A stretch of DNA of 64,000 nucleotides from Antedon mediterranea (taxonomy: Eukaryota > Animalia > Echinodermata), in assembly GCF_964355755.1 (NCBI RefSeq), contig NC_092678.1, positions 7,270,422 to 7,334,421 on the forward strand. The letters are read 5' to 3'. The notes under the pieces are model-generated. The model was not told the origin of the DNA and searched no databases. It saw nothing but the letters and a program-made list of their open reading frames with translations. The translations under genes and the position numbers were made by a program. Positions 46,801 through 59,978 of the stretch are shown here, piece by piece; the stretch's first letter is position 1, and each line of letters opens with the position of its first letter.

Positions 46801-49800
46801 TGGAAAATTTGGCTTATAAAAAAATAAATATTTTTTTTCAAAATGTAAAATTAAGACTGGAAAATTGGGCTTATAAACAAATAAATACTTCCGTTCAAAA
46901 TGTAAGAAAACATTTTTTAAATATAATCCTTATGCTCTGTCTATACTATCAAACTAAATATGATGTGCCCATATTATATAGACATGACGATGTCATATCA
47001 CTACGATATTCGGGCATATCACTACAATATTTGGGCACATCACACTTTTTTTGTTAAACTAGTTGGGACAGTGTAGACACAGAACTATGTGATCGAAACC
47101 TAAGTCGGAATTGGACTGACGCGATTGATTTAATTGGGTATTTTTATTAATGTAATGATTCATTAAAAACTATAATACCGATACGCGTTTGGTATTGATA
47201 AATGGTGCAAAAAACCCTGAGAAATAATGTTATAACGCGATTTGGTGATAGCTTAGCAATAATACAACCCATATACTATTATTATAAATACCTATTACAA
47301 ATCCATTCATATAACTTTTCATCGCGAACCGAATGTATAAATGTTATTCTACAGACAGTAATTATATATTCAAAAGCCATATTATTATTACTGTATTATC
47401 AATACCTAAATGCGATAGTAATAACCACATAAACATACATTATTCCCAATACAAGTTTGTGCGTTTAATTCTAGAAAGAAACGACTGTGCTGACAGGCCA
47501 ATGACATAAATCACAAGTAAAGTCCCAATTGTTCACTTGCGTTTTGATTGGCCGACCTATTATATTAGATTAATGAAGACTGTTCTTACAACTGTCCAGT
47601 CAAAAAGTTACGCGGCGTTTTTTGTAAGAAATATTTCTTGTTTAATATTCTTACCTACTGCTTTTTAATCAATGTATTATCAATTTACATTACTTATATA
47701 ACAATCTTTTTGAATACAAATATATTTATAATTATTGTTTATAGTCTAATGTATTTTTTAACTGAAAGTATTTGTCGAATGTTTGTTTGATAAAAGTAGT
47801 AAGTAACTTGAGCTATAACAATTCTAAAAATTAGAGTAAAAGTGTGTAAGTGACATTTTCAAATTCACAGTGATTTATGTGTTAGACTTTCCATTTGGAA
47901 CGCTAAACCTTTGCATTTCTATGATTGCTCCCTAAGAAAATGTGTTATTTTTATACAGCCTTACCACCAGGTTGAAACACCTGTTCTCTCAGATCACCTA
48001 AAGTTAAGCAACGTTGGGCCCGGTTAGAGCTTGGATGGGAGACCATCTGGGAATATCGGGTGATGTAGGGCCTATGGGGGTCCCATAAGCATTTAAAATC
48101 CGCACTTCTGACTCTTATGGCAGCCCCTGCTTCATATCAGACATATTGGCTTATGCCTCTCCTGGTTAAGATGAATGTAAGTCTAAATGACATTGTTGTT
48201 CGCGACAGACGTCGGCCATAAAGAAAGAAAATCTATTATCTATCTATTTTCTACTTACAGAATATAGACCTAATACAACAAGTCCCGTCAGTAATATTAT
48301 ACCTACTACACAAGGTATGATAACTTATTTTAAGCTGGCCGATTTGTTTCTTCAGAATAAACTATTTTAATCTATGCGTTAAATTTAAATTTCTGTTTTA
48401 AAATAATTTAAATAATTAATAAAGTACTTATCTATTTCTCATATAGGAGGATCAACGAAATAGAAATGTACACATTAATTATTGGATCCAAATGAAATTA
48501 TTTTAATAAATATATTTGTAGTGTAGTTACTTAGAATCGTAAGCTAATAGCTTATACGTTATGTTGTAGATCAGGTCAGAAAAATTGAAATATTAGAGAG
48601 AGAGAGATCATTTGCCAATAAACCTCCTTTTTTACGTCACCATGATAGTAATTATAGGCCTACAGTGGTAGATAAAACTTGATGAGTCCATTAAACACTA
48701 TACACACTGCTATATTTGAGAAAAGTATTCTATGATTTTATGCTCATGGAATCTCCGGCCCAACTCAAAAATTAGTCTCCTCTCTCCCCTTCTCTTCCAC
48801 AATTATCCACCACCATAGGACTAGAAACGTAGGCCTACAACATAACAAATAGAAAATACAAACAAACGAACAAACTAGTATGTATTGATTCATTATAGTG
48901 TTAAAATATGTTACGATATTTTGATGTAGGTATCAAAAATATATTAATTTTATTTTCTCTTCACTTTAATAGAATGTCCAAATAAACCTTATATGAAGTC
49001 AACAAATGGAACATTGAGTTATTTTGGATATAAAGATGGTAGATTTGACTTCACACATCAGAATCCTTCAGGTGGTGAACGTATTGAGTGCCATATCACA
49101 GTGGATGACATTTTTTTACAATCCGTTTATTTCGGTGTAAGCGGTAAGATTTTTTACCATTTTGTTTCTCTTTTTTCTCAAAGAATGTGATAAAGTATTT
49201 TTCATTCAAATGCGTTGGTTGCTGTATCATACTACATTATTTATGTACCATACAAAATCAATAAACTATTGTTGGAGAAAATATACTACAAAGAAGCATT
49301 ACACATGGTCATTAATCTATTTTGTTGTTTAGGTCAGGTAAAAATCAAATTGAGATGATTTACAAAATGTATTTCTATTTAATAACATTTATTTTGTTGG
49401 CCTAGAAAAGTTTACACACTAAGTTAACTAAAAACAGTAAAAACAAGAAATTCGTAACATTAAAAGTTAATATTGTTAAATATATACGTACATTAGGATA
49501 AAATTTATCTAGAAATAAACTTCTTAATTCAAGTTTAAAGGAGTTAATGTCAAAATAAGTATAATATTAATTGAAATGTTGTTAAAAATGTGTACATTAT
49601 AACGATTGTTTTATTTACATTCTTACATTTTGGTTTTGTATAATGCACTTTTTATTGTGCTTTTTATAAAGGCTGTTGCTATCAATAAATTACTATACTT
49701 TGATTTTCTTTCTTTGATGATTTGTACCTCACACTTTTTAAATACAGTAAAACGCTGGTAGTATGGCTAGTATTTTTGTCGAGTTAAGCTAGGAAGATAA

Positions 49801-52419
49801 CGATCAATATGCATTTTTCCTACAGATAAATAAAGTGAAATAAAAAACGTTTCATCCTAGAACTATTAGGATAACTGTTTATGCTGCTAAGTCCAATCAA
49901 ATGACTTTATGATTAGTAATAGCATAGCATAGTGACATGCAACGATTTTATTGCTATTATTGATTATGACGTCATTTGATTTTTAGAAATATTATTTTAT
50001 CAAAGACAGCATTACTTAATTATCCTATAGTTCTCTTTCTTTCTTTTCTTGTTTTATGTAAGTAAAATGTACAGTAAGTTTATTAAATCGTTATAAACGG
50101 TAATTGTTTGGACAACGTGGCAAATTTAATACCACAAAGTGTGATAATTTCTTTCTATCATTTTGTTTTCTACTCTATAGAATCTAGCTTTCCAGTACGT
50201 ATAAACAGAGAATCTACCACTACACAAGGTATGGCAATACATATTTATACCGATTTAAGGGCTGGTGCTATGTTTTACACATCCGATAATACCTCTTGTC
50301 TCATTATGTGGCAATCAGTTTGATTTTGTTTGTAATAATAATAATAGTATTTATTGGTTACTCTCCTTTAAAACGGAGGAACACTCTCGTAACAAGAGGT
50401 TCGTCCCATAGAAAATGTTTACAAAATATAGTCATACAGTATACCGTAGTTACAATATATATACAGATACAAAAAGTTAATAATGGTTCACAATTACAAA
50501 ACATCAAGCAGTACAAATTCTACGGACTTATTAACAGTCAAAAAGAAACAAAATAAATTCATATTAAAGGGGTGGAAATATTTCAATAATAGTAATAGGC
50601 CTATTACTTACCTTGGTCATTTGTTTTATTTTATTTCTCAGAGTAACAGTACCGTTTGTTGTGTATTAGATCTAATGTTCTATGTCGTAAATTTTTTAAA
50701 TGTTCTGATTTTATTGTTCAAGTGTTCCCTGCACGAGTTTCTATTGTAGTAGTCTTTGGTTTCATAACACTAAGCAAACATTTCATTCTTTTAAAAGTGT
50801 GTTTCTTTGCGTATGTTGCTGAATTTTAGTAAATTCGGTAGTGCTTCTGAAATGTTAATTTGGGTATTTCTAATTTGGGTCTAATTGAATTCTTTTTTTG
50901 TTACGTATTTTATCTGATAATTTGATTGTGAAAACTTCTATTAAATTCCAAATTATATGCCTGCTGGTCTGGCATTTTACATTATTTCTATATTTGTTTA
51001 TACTAAATGTTGTTTTTATATGCATTGAATTTGCGAAATAAAAGTTGAGTATAAAAAACTATATTTCCATATAGGATAGTCAAACTTTTAACACGACGAA
51101 AATATTCTCCCAACATTGCCTATTAACTGTATTTAACCTTATTTTTGTCATTTGTTTTTTTCTTTACAGTACCTCCTACAACAGAAGGTAGGCCTACAGT
51201 CATTGAAACACAATATACTAAACAAGTTGTTGTCACAACTACCACCCAACAAGTTAAAACCAAAACTGTAAGTGATATTTTCTCTATTAAATTTAAAATG
51301 CTATTTTACTTGATTGGTTGATTTTGTATCATGTGACATTGGTAATGTCCATTCCTGCCCATCCATCCCAGCCCATCCATTGCAGCCCATCCATTCCTGC
51401 CCATCCATTCCTGCCCATCCATTCCTGCCCATCCATTCCAGTCCATCCATTCCAGCCCATCCATTCCTGCCCATCCATTCCTGCCCATCCATTCCTGCCC
51501 ATCCATTCCAGCCCATCCATTCCAGCCCATCCATTCCTGCCCATCCATTCCTGCCCATCCATTCCTGCCCATCCATTCCAGTCCATCCATTCCAGCCCAT
51601 CCATTCCAGCCCATCCATTCCAGCCCATCCATTCCAGCCCATCCATTCCAGCCCATCCATTCTAGCCCATCCATTCCAGCCCATCTATTCCAGCCCATAG
51701 ACATTTTTATTTTAAAAGATTTAGTGGTATTTCAATTTGTAAACATATTTTATTGACTGAACCTTTACACTTTTATTTCATTAGTGGTGCGTATATAACG
51801 GATTAAACATTGTATTTGTTTGCGATACTCATTTTTGTCAAGGCTTAGGGTTTGCCGTTTTAGTCTCAAATTGTTCACATCTTTTATCATATTTATAAAA
51901 TGTTGAATTTGACAAACATGAAACGGCAATAGTAAGATCACTATTAATACTAGATTTGTTTTTCATATTGTTTTTAGTTTAGGCCAACTATTTGGAAAAA
52001 AACAAATGCTAATTTACATAGATAATTGTTTAGTATATTCATGATACAATATAGTCTTGGTTCCAGACGGAGTTTTGTCTTGGTTCCAGACGGAGTTTTG
52101 TCTTAATATTATTAGAAATATATTAGGAACAAGATAAATATTTTGGTACATATGGCGTTTCATACGTATACTACTTGAGCTTGGATACTTTTCAGACAAA
52201 AATCGAAATAAAAACAAATAAATTAAAAAAAAGACAATGAATACAAACTTGGAGGAAGTGTAGATACAATAATATGATCATTATGTTTCTTTTCAGATAA
52301 AGAAATGTTTCAAACAAGGTTCAAACAAACACTGGGTCAACGGATCAATTAATATTCTAGGGTCGTTACACATCAATGTGGGGAAAAAAGACAAGCGAAG
52401 CGTCTGTGATCTGCCGTAG
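43841..52419 (+). CDS. Uncharacterised secreted protein (~247 aa): signal peptide, two copies of a two-Cys module, Thr-rich linkers, Cys-containing tail
   Basis: Predicted exons 43841-43907, 44007-44189, 48261-48314, 48973-49143, 50181-50228, 51170-51267 and 52297-52419 have GT-AG ends and compatible phases (744 nt, stop only at the end). The two module exons are homologous to each other. The model was built by eye with no transcript evidence. Confidence 0.68.
45272..45633. mobile_element. MITE (Harbinger-like; related copies at ~3830-4215 and ~49790-50095)
   Basis: TIRs AGGCCCAATTACACTATGACGATAACGA ... TCGTTATCGTCCTAGTGTATGGGCCT. Confidence 0.7.
45995..46905. repeat. ~56-bp minisatellite (AAAATTGGGCTTATCAACAAATAAATACTTTCGTTCAAAATGTAAAATAAGACTG) in two duplicated blocks
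   Basis: About 2 units at 45995-46085 and about 5 units at 46625-46905, with shared upstream flanks. Confidence 0.85.
47953..48231 (+). mobile_element. 5S rRNA-derived SINE (SINE3 type)
   Basis: 47953-48070 resembles 5S rRNA (TACCAC..GTTGAAACACC.GTTCTC..GATCACC..AAGTTAAGCAACGT..GGGCCCGGTTAG..CTTGGATGGGAGACC..CTGGGAATA). It is followed by a non-5S body also found after the second copy, and a (AAAG)n tail. Confidence 0.82.
51347..51698. repeat. 14-bp minisatellite (CCATCCATTCCWGC), ~25 copies
   Basis: Direct reading. Confidence 0.96.
52052..52262. mobile_element. Non-autonomous DNA element with TAG terminus and 9-bp TSD (AcademH-like)
   Basis: TSD GATACAATA at 52043-52051 and 52263-52271. 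It is the reverse-complement homolog of 59802-59978. Confidence 0.72.
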
Positions 52420-52644
52420 TATACAAAGTTATTCATCCTAGCAGTGGATAACCATCGTGTCAAGCAAGAGCCTCTCTACAAAATAGTTTTATAGTATAGT
52501 AAGGTTCATCCTCATCACAATTAACACATGTCAAATATTACCTCCTCCCACTCACCACCTTCTTATAATATCTTTATAATAAGCGTGTGGAAGAGGTTAT
52601 TTTTTCTTCGAATAAACCGCCTCGCCACATACGTTCACTATTTT

Positions 52645-52751
52645 TAGTCGCGTGCATGGAACGCGACTCTACAGCTCCCTTTGTCGGTCGGTTGGTTGGT
52701 CGGTAAACACTAACTTTGAGCACGCGACTGCAGCCATGTATATGGCCTTGT
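52645..52751 (+). mobile_element. Short Helentron-associated (HINE/DINE-1-like) element; partial second copy at 53738-53830
   Basis: T-rich insertion site, sub-terminal inverted repeat AGTCGCGTGC..GCACGCGACT, (GGTY)n microsatellite, and 3' hairpin GCCAT..ATGGC. Confidence 0.6.
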
Positions 52752-53049
52752 TTTACTGTATTTTACACAAAATAAACGCCTTCTGTTCACGGATTTTAAA
52801 AAGGCACGTCACGATCAATTTGATGTTCACATGACACTGCAATCGGTCGTAATGTTTAATTTAAGCTATAACTGTTTATGGGTTAATTGAGCATATCATG
52901 ACATTTTCACAATTGTGTGTAAGGCTTTTAGGCTATTATACCTCTAGGCCTAGTTTCTTTATAAATTAAATTTTAATTGTATCGTATAATATTTTAAATT
53001 AAACCAGAGATGTACGCGTCCAACTAATATGACCGCGAATTACCGCTCT

Positions 53050-53725
53050 ATACCTATTAAATCATCGTTTAATAGTACTTTTCAGTGTACGAAAAAAAAA
53101 TCTGTTCGCGTTTTTGGAAAATATTTTTTAGTCTATTGCTTTTGAAATACAACAGCACCACCTATTTGGTACTTTCGCCGCCAATGTTATTGTTATGACT
53201 GGTTTAGCGATGGAAGTACATTTTTGGTGAGATATATATGTACTAATTTAGATCAAAGAAGCATTTAAATTAACATCGTTGGAAAAAAAATAATTAGCCT
53301 AGATGAGTTTCAGTTGCCTGTCGTGTTGCTGTCTTTCAGAGGCCTAGTAGTATTAGGCCTAGGTGTTTTAACCTTGCTAGGCCTAGGCTTATTTGGTCGT
53401 TTGTTGACATAATTAACACTAACAGTAGGTGCATTTATAAAATCTATATAAATAGTAATATTTAATATGATTATTAAAAACCAAATGTTACTGTTTTAAT
53501 CACTGTGAATCAATAAGGTAGGCCTTCCCTTAGCTACGCCTACCTTTTATTTGATAAATGACAGGAATCTATTTAGATTAGATGTTTTATATTCGTGTAA
53601 TTTGGTGAATGATGAAAGGTTATATATCAACTCGGCTGTCGCCTCGTTGATATATAACCTTTCATCATTCACTTCATGCCATTATTTGTATCATTACACT
53701 CATAAACATTGATTAATTGTATACT
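53050..53725. mobile_element. ~650-bp dispersed element ending in the palindromic hairpin family; inverted copy at 63295-63895
   Basis: Shared segments (TATTGCTTTTGAAATACAACAGCACCAC, CAGTTGCCTGTC, TTTGGTCGTTTGTTGACATAATTAACACTA) occur in reverse orientation at 63.5-63.9 kb. Confidence 0.75.
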
Positions 53726-54256
53726 AGTCTACTCTAGTCTACAGCTCGCCATGTCGGTCGGTTGGTCGGTCGGTCGGTAAACACTACGGTAACTTGAGCA
53801 CGCGACTGCAGCCATCTATGTGGCCTTGTTATTCATTAAAGAAGTGTTGATACAATTGTAGTGTATTGTATTTAAAATAAACTAGAGGTATACCCTTCAA
53901 GACTTGCACTATCTAAACGTGCTTTAACCTCGATTTTGACGTAAAGAATATGACCGCAAATTGACTGAACGTGGCATTTGGCCATCGCAAAGAGATATTG
54001 GAATTTGGCGTACTAACATAGCCGGATGATGGATGAAGAGGACTGTTTAGAAGGAGAAGGTGTAATAAATTAAAATTTATTAGAATAATATAGATCTTTC
54101 TATGCGTCACTTAAACTTTTTAAATGAAATATTGTATTGTAAACTAAATTCAAACTTATCATAGCACCATTTGAACTTTTTGATGAAATTTACATAAATG
54201 CATGAATTATTATCATTGTTATGCATACGGATCTTGTGACCCGAGACGACATTGTT

Positions 54257-54510
54257 GGAGCGAGTGAGTGGCCGATATGTAGCCATAATATTGGCAAGAG
54301 TTCGAGGCTCACTCGCTCCATGGTTATGATGGTTGAACGAGTTTTCTCAGAAAAGGTCTATAAACCGTAGGTTCAGTGTACACATCTGGTTCATGTGCAC
54401 TTTAAAGAACCTCTAGTACATCTTTCGAGACGAGTAGGGGGTTAGCCGGTGTACTAGAAAAAAACAGCAACTGTGATCACTCGTCATGAACTGGACTGAA
54501 CTAAGTATAA
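54257..54510 (+). mobile_element. tRNA-derived Nin/Deu-like SINE copy
   Basis: Homologous to 30531-30822. Confidence 0.75.
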
Positions 54511-57111
54511 CATTTCATTCAATGTGTTGATTTCATTGGTAATTTTGTTCTATTCAACAAAACAAGGATAATCAATGGTTCTATTCAACAGTCGTCTATT
54601 TGTCTGCCTCTCGATAGGCCGTTAGGTAATTCGACACCAAAAATTGCTCTTCCCTGTGGCCAGAATTTGAGAGGTCATTTCACATCTGAACCAAGAGAGA
54701 AGCAGCACACTTTATTCGATGACCGTGTAGGCTAAATTTGTCACAATTACTGTTGTCCACTAAGGATGACTGTTGTTTTGCTACTCTACTTCACACAGAA
54801 AAAACTGTTGAACGTCAGCCATTTTACATGTTTATTCGCATGCATATTAATCTGCTTTGTACAGTAGGCTACAGCCGGCCGTTTTGGCATTCTTTAATCT
54901 AGGCCTACAGTACAGATCAAAACCAAAATAATAATTAATTAAACACAATTACTTATGTGTGTTTTAAAACAAATAATTAATGTTTTGTAATAGCAATTTA
55001 ATCTTTTATGAAATATTTTTAATGTTTAACTCATATATAGTAATGTATAGTGATACAATGTTACCGTCATATGAATAAGGACTCTGGTAGTCTATCATTA
55101 TGCTTTTTAAACATTTAACTTATTAATGTATTAATTAAAAGAAAAAAGAAAGACAATTTTTAATGCCTTTTATTTCTTGGTTTTAATTTGGAGAAACCAG
55201 TTCCCCATAATAATTATAATGTATTTACACATTACATTTATCTTGGTAAGTGTCCTTAAAATATAAAACGGATTACATCAAGGAAAATAATATGAAAAGT
55301 TGCAGAGATCCCAATTAGGTGAGATACAAAAGTCATTTTAAATATGATAATGTTCAGAGTCATGGCTGGCGTTAGACGCTAAAATAATGTGTGTCTGAAC
55401 AGTTGGGGATTAGCGTACAACGCGTTGTATGACGCTTGTTATTAGTGAAAAACGGTTGATAATACCATTTTAGCGTACAATTGTAATTCAATGTTGTATC
55501 CAATCAGAACGTTTCCTGTTATGACGCGAAACAAGGTTTGACCTAGGCTGACATCCTGTATCATCAATGTGTGAGATGGATTTCAACAACAAAATTTTGT
55601 TTATGAAATGCAATGGCTTTTTGATAAAATGGAGTAATTAAAAATAAAAAGTATGTAAAGGTGTTTCAAAATAAATCTTTTCTGCAAAGAAAAATGTGTT
55701 GTTTAAAATGTATATTTATACCCCTCTAAACGCAAGCAACTCGCCAATTATAGGAAGGATAAACTATTTATTATTCATCGTGCTTATAAACTAAGTCTCT
55801 CAATTGAGGCTTGGGGAGTGGAGTGGATTTGAACTAGGTTAGGACTGAACCCTGGACTCTGGGATTGGAAGGCAATCATGTTAACCACAAAGCTACATCC
55901 AAATAACTAATTTTCCCCCATGATGACAACTACACACTTAGAACAACTATCCTCTAGGAAAACTACACTAGACAACCTACTATGTCGTAATAATCAAGAA
56001 AGTTGTTTTTGCCCATTGGGTGTCACTTTCTTGGTAGTTGCCTTAGAGGAAATGTTGTAATTGCTCTGAATCACTGAAGCGTATACAGTATCTATGTTTT
56101 ACAGGTGCTCTACGTATATATGCAAATTATGCTTGTTAAGCATGCTTCTTGCTTGACTCAGTAGGCTTGTGCTTTTGTGTGTATGCTGTTAACAAGCGGA
56201 TACCATTGTGGCGATTATGTGTTTACTGTGATGAAATATAGTTGGTAAGTGCAATTTAAAAGATAACTTGAGACGTTTTATATTTTATTCTTTATATAGT
56301 ATTTTAATATTTATACTGTTCATAATGTTTTATACATAGCATATTTTCTTATATATTATCTTATCCATTGTACAGTATTGTATGTTTTTAACTGTTGTTA
56401 TTTTTAGTGTAATTTGAACCTTGGAAGGCAAATTTCATTTACTTTGCATTTGACAATAAATTTTAACTTGAACTTGTATTTTTTACTTAAGTATAGTTTA
56501 AGCAAGATACATATGTAGTTGTGGGTCCTAGCTAAGTATTCAATATAGAGATCATTATTGGGCATTTTATTCCATGTCATAATTGAACACTGCTTTCAAC
56601 ACAATTATGTTCTCTCAATTTACTGTATACCACACTCAATAATAGTAATAAATTTGCAGAATATTTTCTTCCTTTATTTTAATAACATATATAGAAACAA
56701 ACATATTTATTTCACTCATTTTAAAAAAATGAAATAAAATTAACTGTTAAATTAACTAGAAACCACTGTCTGACAAAATGGCATATTCACCATTTTGTTT
56801 TATTTTCAGATATAATACAATTTTTAATGCCAATGTAATACCTAAGATGCGTTTAAGAGCTTCGGCTCATTGCATACCCGTTTTGTATCAAATAAGTTTA
56901 TAGAAATATTCTTGTGAAAGAAATACTGTATTATTTTGTTGTTGATACAAATAAATGGTACGTATATAGTACCGCGAATGATCTAACAATCAGTATTATG
57001 TTACGAGAAGAAAAAAAGAGGGGGGCACGCAGAGGATGGATTTGTCTAGGTGTTTTATAAGATTTCTTGAAAGAAAAAGAAATGTTGAAAATTGAATTGA
57101 AAACAAGTTAA

Positions 57112-57276
57112 AGCTCTATCTACACTACAAAAACTTTATGTGACCAAAAATGTGATGTGCCTATAGGCCTATATAGACATGATGACGTCATATCATTACC
57201 ATATTTGAGTATATCAATACCATATTTGGACACATCACACCTTTTTTGGCTAGTTTCATAATGTAGACAGAGAGCT
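57112..57276. mobile_element. MITE with AGCTCTGTCTACACT-type TIRs in a TTAA site (Kolobok-like); relatives at ~26620-26732, ~27020-27100, ~46933-47085 and 59779-60126
   Basis: TTAA|AGCTCTATCTACACT ... ATGTAGACAGAGAGCT|TTAA, with internal 21-bp CATATCACTACCATATTTGGG-type repeats. Confidence 0.7.
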
Positions 57277-57494
57277 TTAAAGTAGACAATCAAAGAGAGA
57301 AAAAACAAGATTATCTGTTCACACACTACAATAGATAATGAAAGTTCTGAGCATTCATGTATTCACAATAAAACAAATTGACATGAAAATTATCGTTTAG
57401 TGTTACCATGGAGATGTAAATACTATATTAGCTCTAAAAAAGGATGATAGACAGGTTGTAGTCGGCCTGGTCTGGTATTTCTATAAGCTACAAA

Positions 57495-57574
57495 ATGAAA
57501 TTTCAATATTTAAAACTCATTTCTATTTCATATTTTGCCGTTTGTAAAGCATTTTGTAGTTTGTAAAGCATTTT
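57495..57574 (+). pseudogene. Disrupted signal-peptide exon of the secreted-protein family
   Basis: MKFQYLKLISISYFAVCKAF. A 19-bp tandem duplication (57540-57577) puts a stop codon before the GTAAGT donor. Confidence 0.6.
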
Positions 57575-59801
57575 GTAAGTTATACATTGTTTAAAAGTTT
57601 TCATGGCGAAAATCAATTTGTTGATATTATAAAGTCTGTGGTAAACCACGTGTGTGGTTCTACAAAAAACAGTTAAGTTTATTGAAGTTACAATCATTTA
57701 TATACTTTGATTATCATTAGTAGAACAGTTCAACTTAACTCAACTGCGTTTATGTCACCATATTTTGCGTTACTTTGATGATGAGAAAGTAGGAAGTCCT
57801 GGACCTTCTTGGCTAGTTTCCATTCACCATTTTTCTCGAGAAACAAGACTCTCCTATATCTAGTTTTCATCCCTGTCCACTATTAAGCCTTGTTATTGTT
57901 TTAGCTTTCACACGTCCATTAATGTTCCCAAGTTCCTAGATTTCGTTTGCATTTTTACTCCTGAGGACGATTAAAGCGTGTTGATTGAAACTTTAAGAAA
58001 CTGAACAGTTCTTTTCAGAACTACACGTGGTGTACCGCATTTATCAATAAACCCGGAGTTGCTAGGTTGGTGTGAAAGGGGTATCTCCGGAGTTTCTCGA
58101 CGTTTCGAATGGTCATAAACCCCGGGGTGTCTCCGGAGACACTCCGGAGTTTTGGTGTGAAAGGGGTATTAGTTACTATATATTTTAGTGTTAAAATAAG
58201 AATCACATAAATATAATATCAATATCAATCTAAATTTTCTCTCCACTAAGCAGAAATGCATTCATTAATTTTAGACAGTATGGTCTGAATGTACACATTT
58301 CACAAACGGGCGTATGTTTAAAACGAAAATAGTACATTTGTATTGTTTTATTACATAAATGATTAGGGAAAATGTGTTGATGAGATATTAATTGAAAAAC
58401 AAATGTTAATATATGAATTGAACCAACAAAATATTTTTTAATATAACACAAACTATTCAGGTGGTCCTTATATAAATGTTACATTGAAGGCATATTAATG
58501 ATGTTGAATGTTCTGAGCAGTCATAGTATTCACAATAAAACAAATTGACATGAAAATGATAGTTTTTAGTTAAATATAACCAACAAGAAAAAAATATCTC
58601 ACTGTTAAAACACAATACAAGAGTAATAATGGACGTTTGCCATTCACAGTATTTCCAATAAAACCAATTGAAATGAAAATAATAGTATTGTTACCACGGA
58701 GATCTTCAGAGACTCAACCATAATAAGCTCTAAATCAAGAAGAAATCCGTATTTTTTGCTGTGTTGTTCATTTATAATAGTCAGGTAGCTTAACAAGTTA
58801 CATGGAATTTGAATATTGCAACCATATTGTTTTGATTTTATATTGGACTGTTTGCAAAGCTTCCATGCGTAAGTTATAAATTTGATATGAAACTATATAT
58901 TTGTGACTAAGTATAGTGTGGATGTATAGATTTCACATAAAAAAATAAATAAAAATACACGCAGTGGTATTAATAACACCGCTTAATATCAATCTGCCAC
59001 TGTTTTATCTACATAATTATTGGGAAAATGTTTTTATGAAATATCAATTGAAAACAAAATGTTGAAATTTGAATTGAAAATAACTAAATGAAATAGGCCT
59101 AAGATTTTTTTTTTTACTTTTGTAGAATCATTCTACTTTTATTATCATCAAACGTATTAGTGATGTTACAGAAATGTTGTAACAGACATTAGTTTATTCA
59201 AAGAAATTAAACATAACATAATCAAACTAACTAAATGTTAAGTTAAAAATTAATTTTCTTAATGCAGCGTATGGACATAACTAAAACATGAATAATATGC
59301 CATGACGATGTACATTTCAGGCTCGACATTAGCACTAAAGAGTCAAGTATATATTACACTCTCTCTTACCTAAACCTCCCACACACAACCATCAGCTCCG
59401 ACGTGTTAGATCGTTCACCCTCCCCAAAGTCCAGACACAACGCACAAAAAAATTTCATTACTTTCCACGGAGTTTTCAATGATTGGTGAATGATCAGTAG
59501 CTGAGTTATGATAAGCAAATTGTGAACCTCTATTGGTTTGTGTTACTGGATGTACTATGATGGCCATTGAAAGACTGATTTGTGGACTATGATATATTTT
59601 AGTATTACTTGTTTGGACTGTGTTATACTATGTGTTTACATATTTACTATTATATTTATGTCAACTTCATCACTGCTTACTTGATGCAATAAAAGGAAAT
59701 AAATAAAATAAAGTAAAAACAATGTGGTTATCTCGTATAGTGATGGATGCTATGAGCTACAAATTGAAATGTCAGTAAAGCTCTGTCTACACTATCAAAC
59801 T

Positions 59802-59978
59802 TAGACTTGCTCCAAGTCTGTATTTATTGTCTTTTTTATGTCATTCCACCACACGTCGTCGTTTTGATTTTTTTCTGAAAATCCAAACTCAAGTAATACA
59901 ACTATGAAACGCCATATGTGCAAAAATATTTATATTTTTACTAATATTAAGAAAAAACTCCGTCTGGAGCCCAGACTA
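59802..59978. mobile_element. AcademH-like non-autonomous element nested in a Kolobok-like MITE
   Basis: TAGACTTGCTCCAAG..CTGGAGCCCAGACTA with 9-bp TSD TATCAAACT (59793-59801 and 59979-59987). Confidence 0.75.

Noticed and set aside
47953-48070. Functional 5S rRNA gene
   Set aside because: It has indels and substitutions versus the 5S consensus, no oligo-T terminator, and continues into a repeat body.
51301-51704. Trp/Gly/Met-rich and Pro/His-rich ORFs
   Set aside because: A 14-bp minisatellite open in many frames, lying within an intron.
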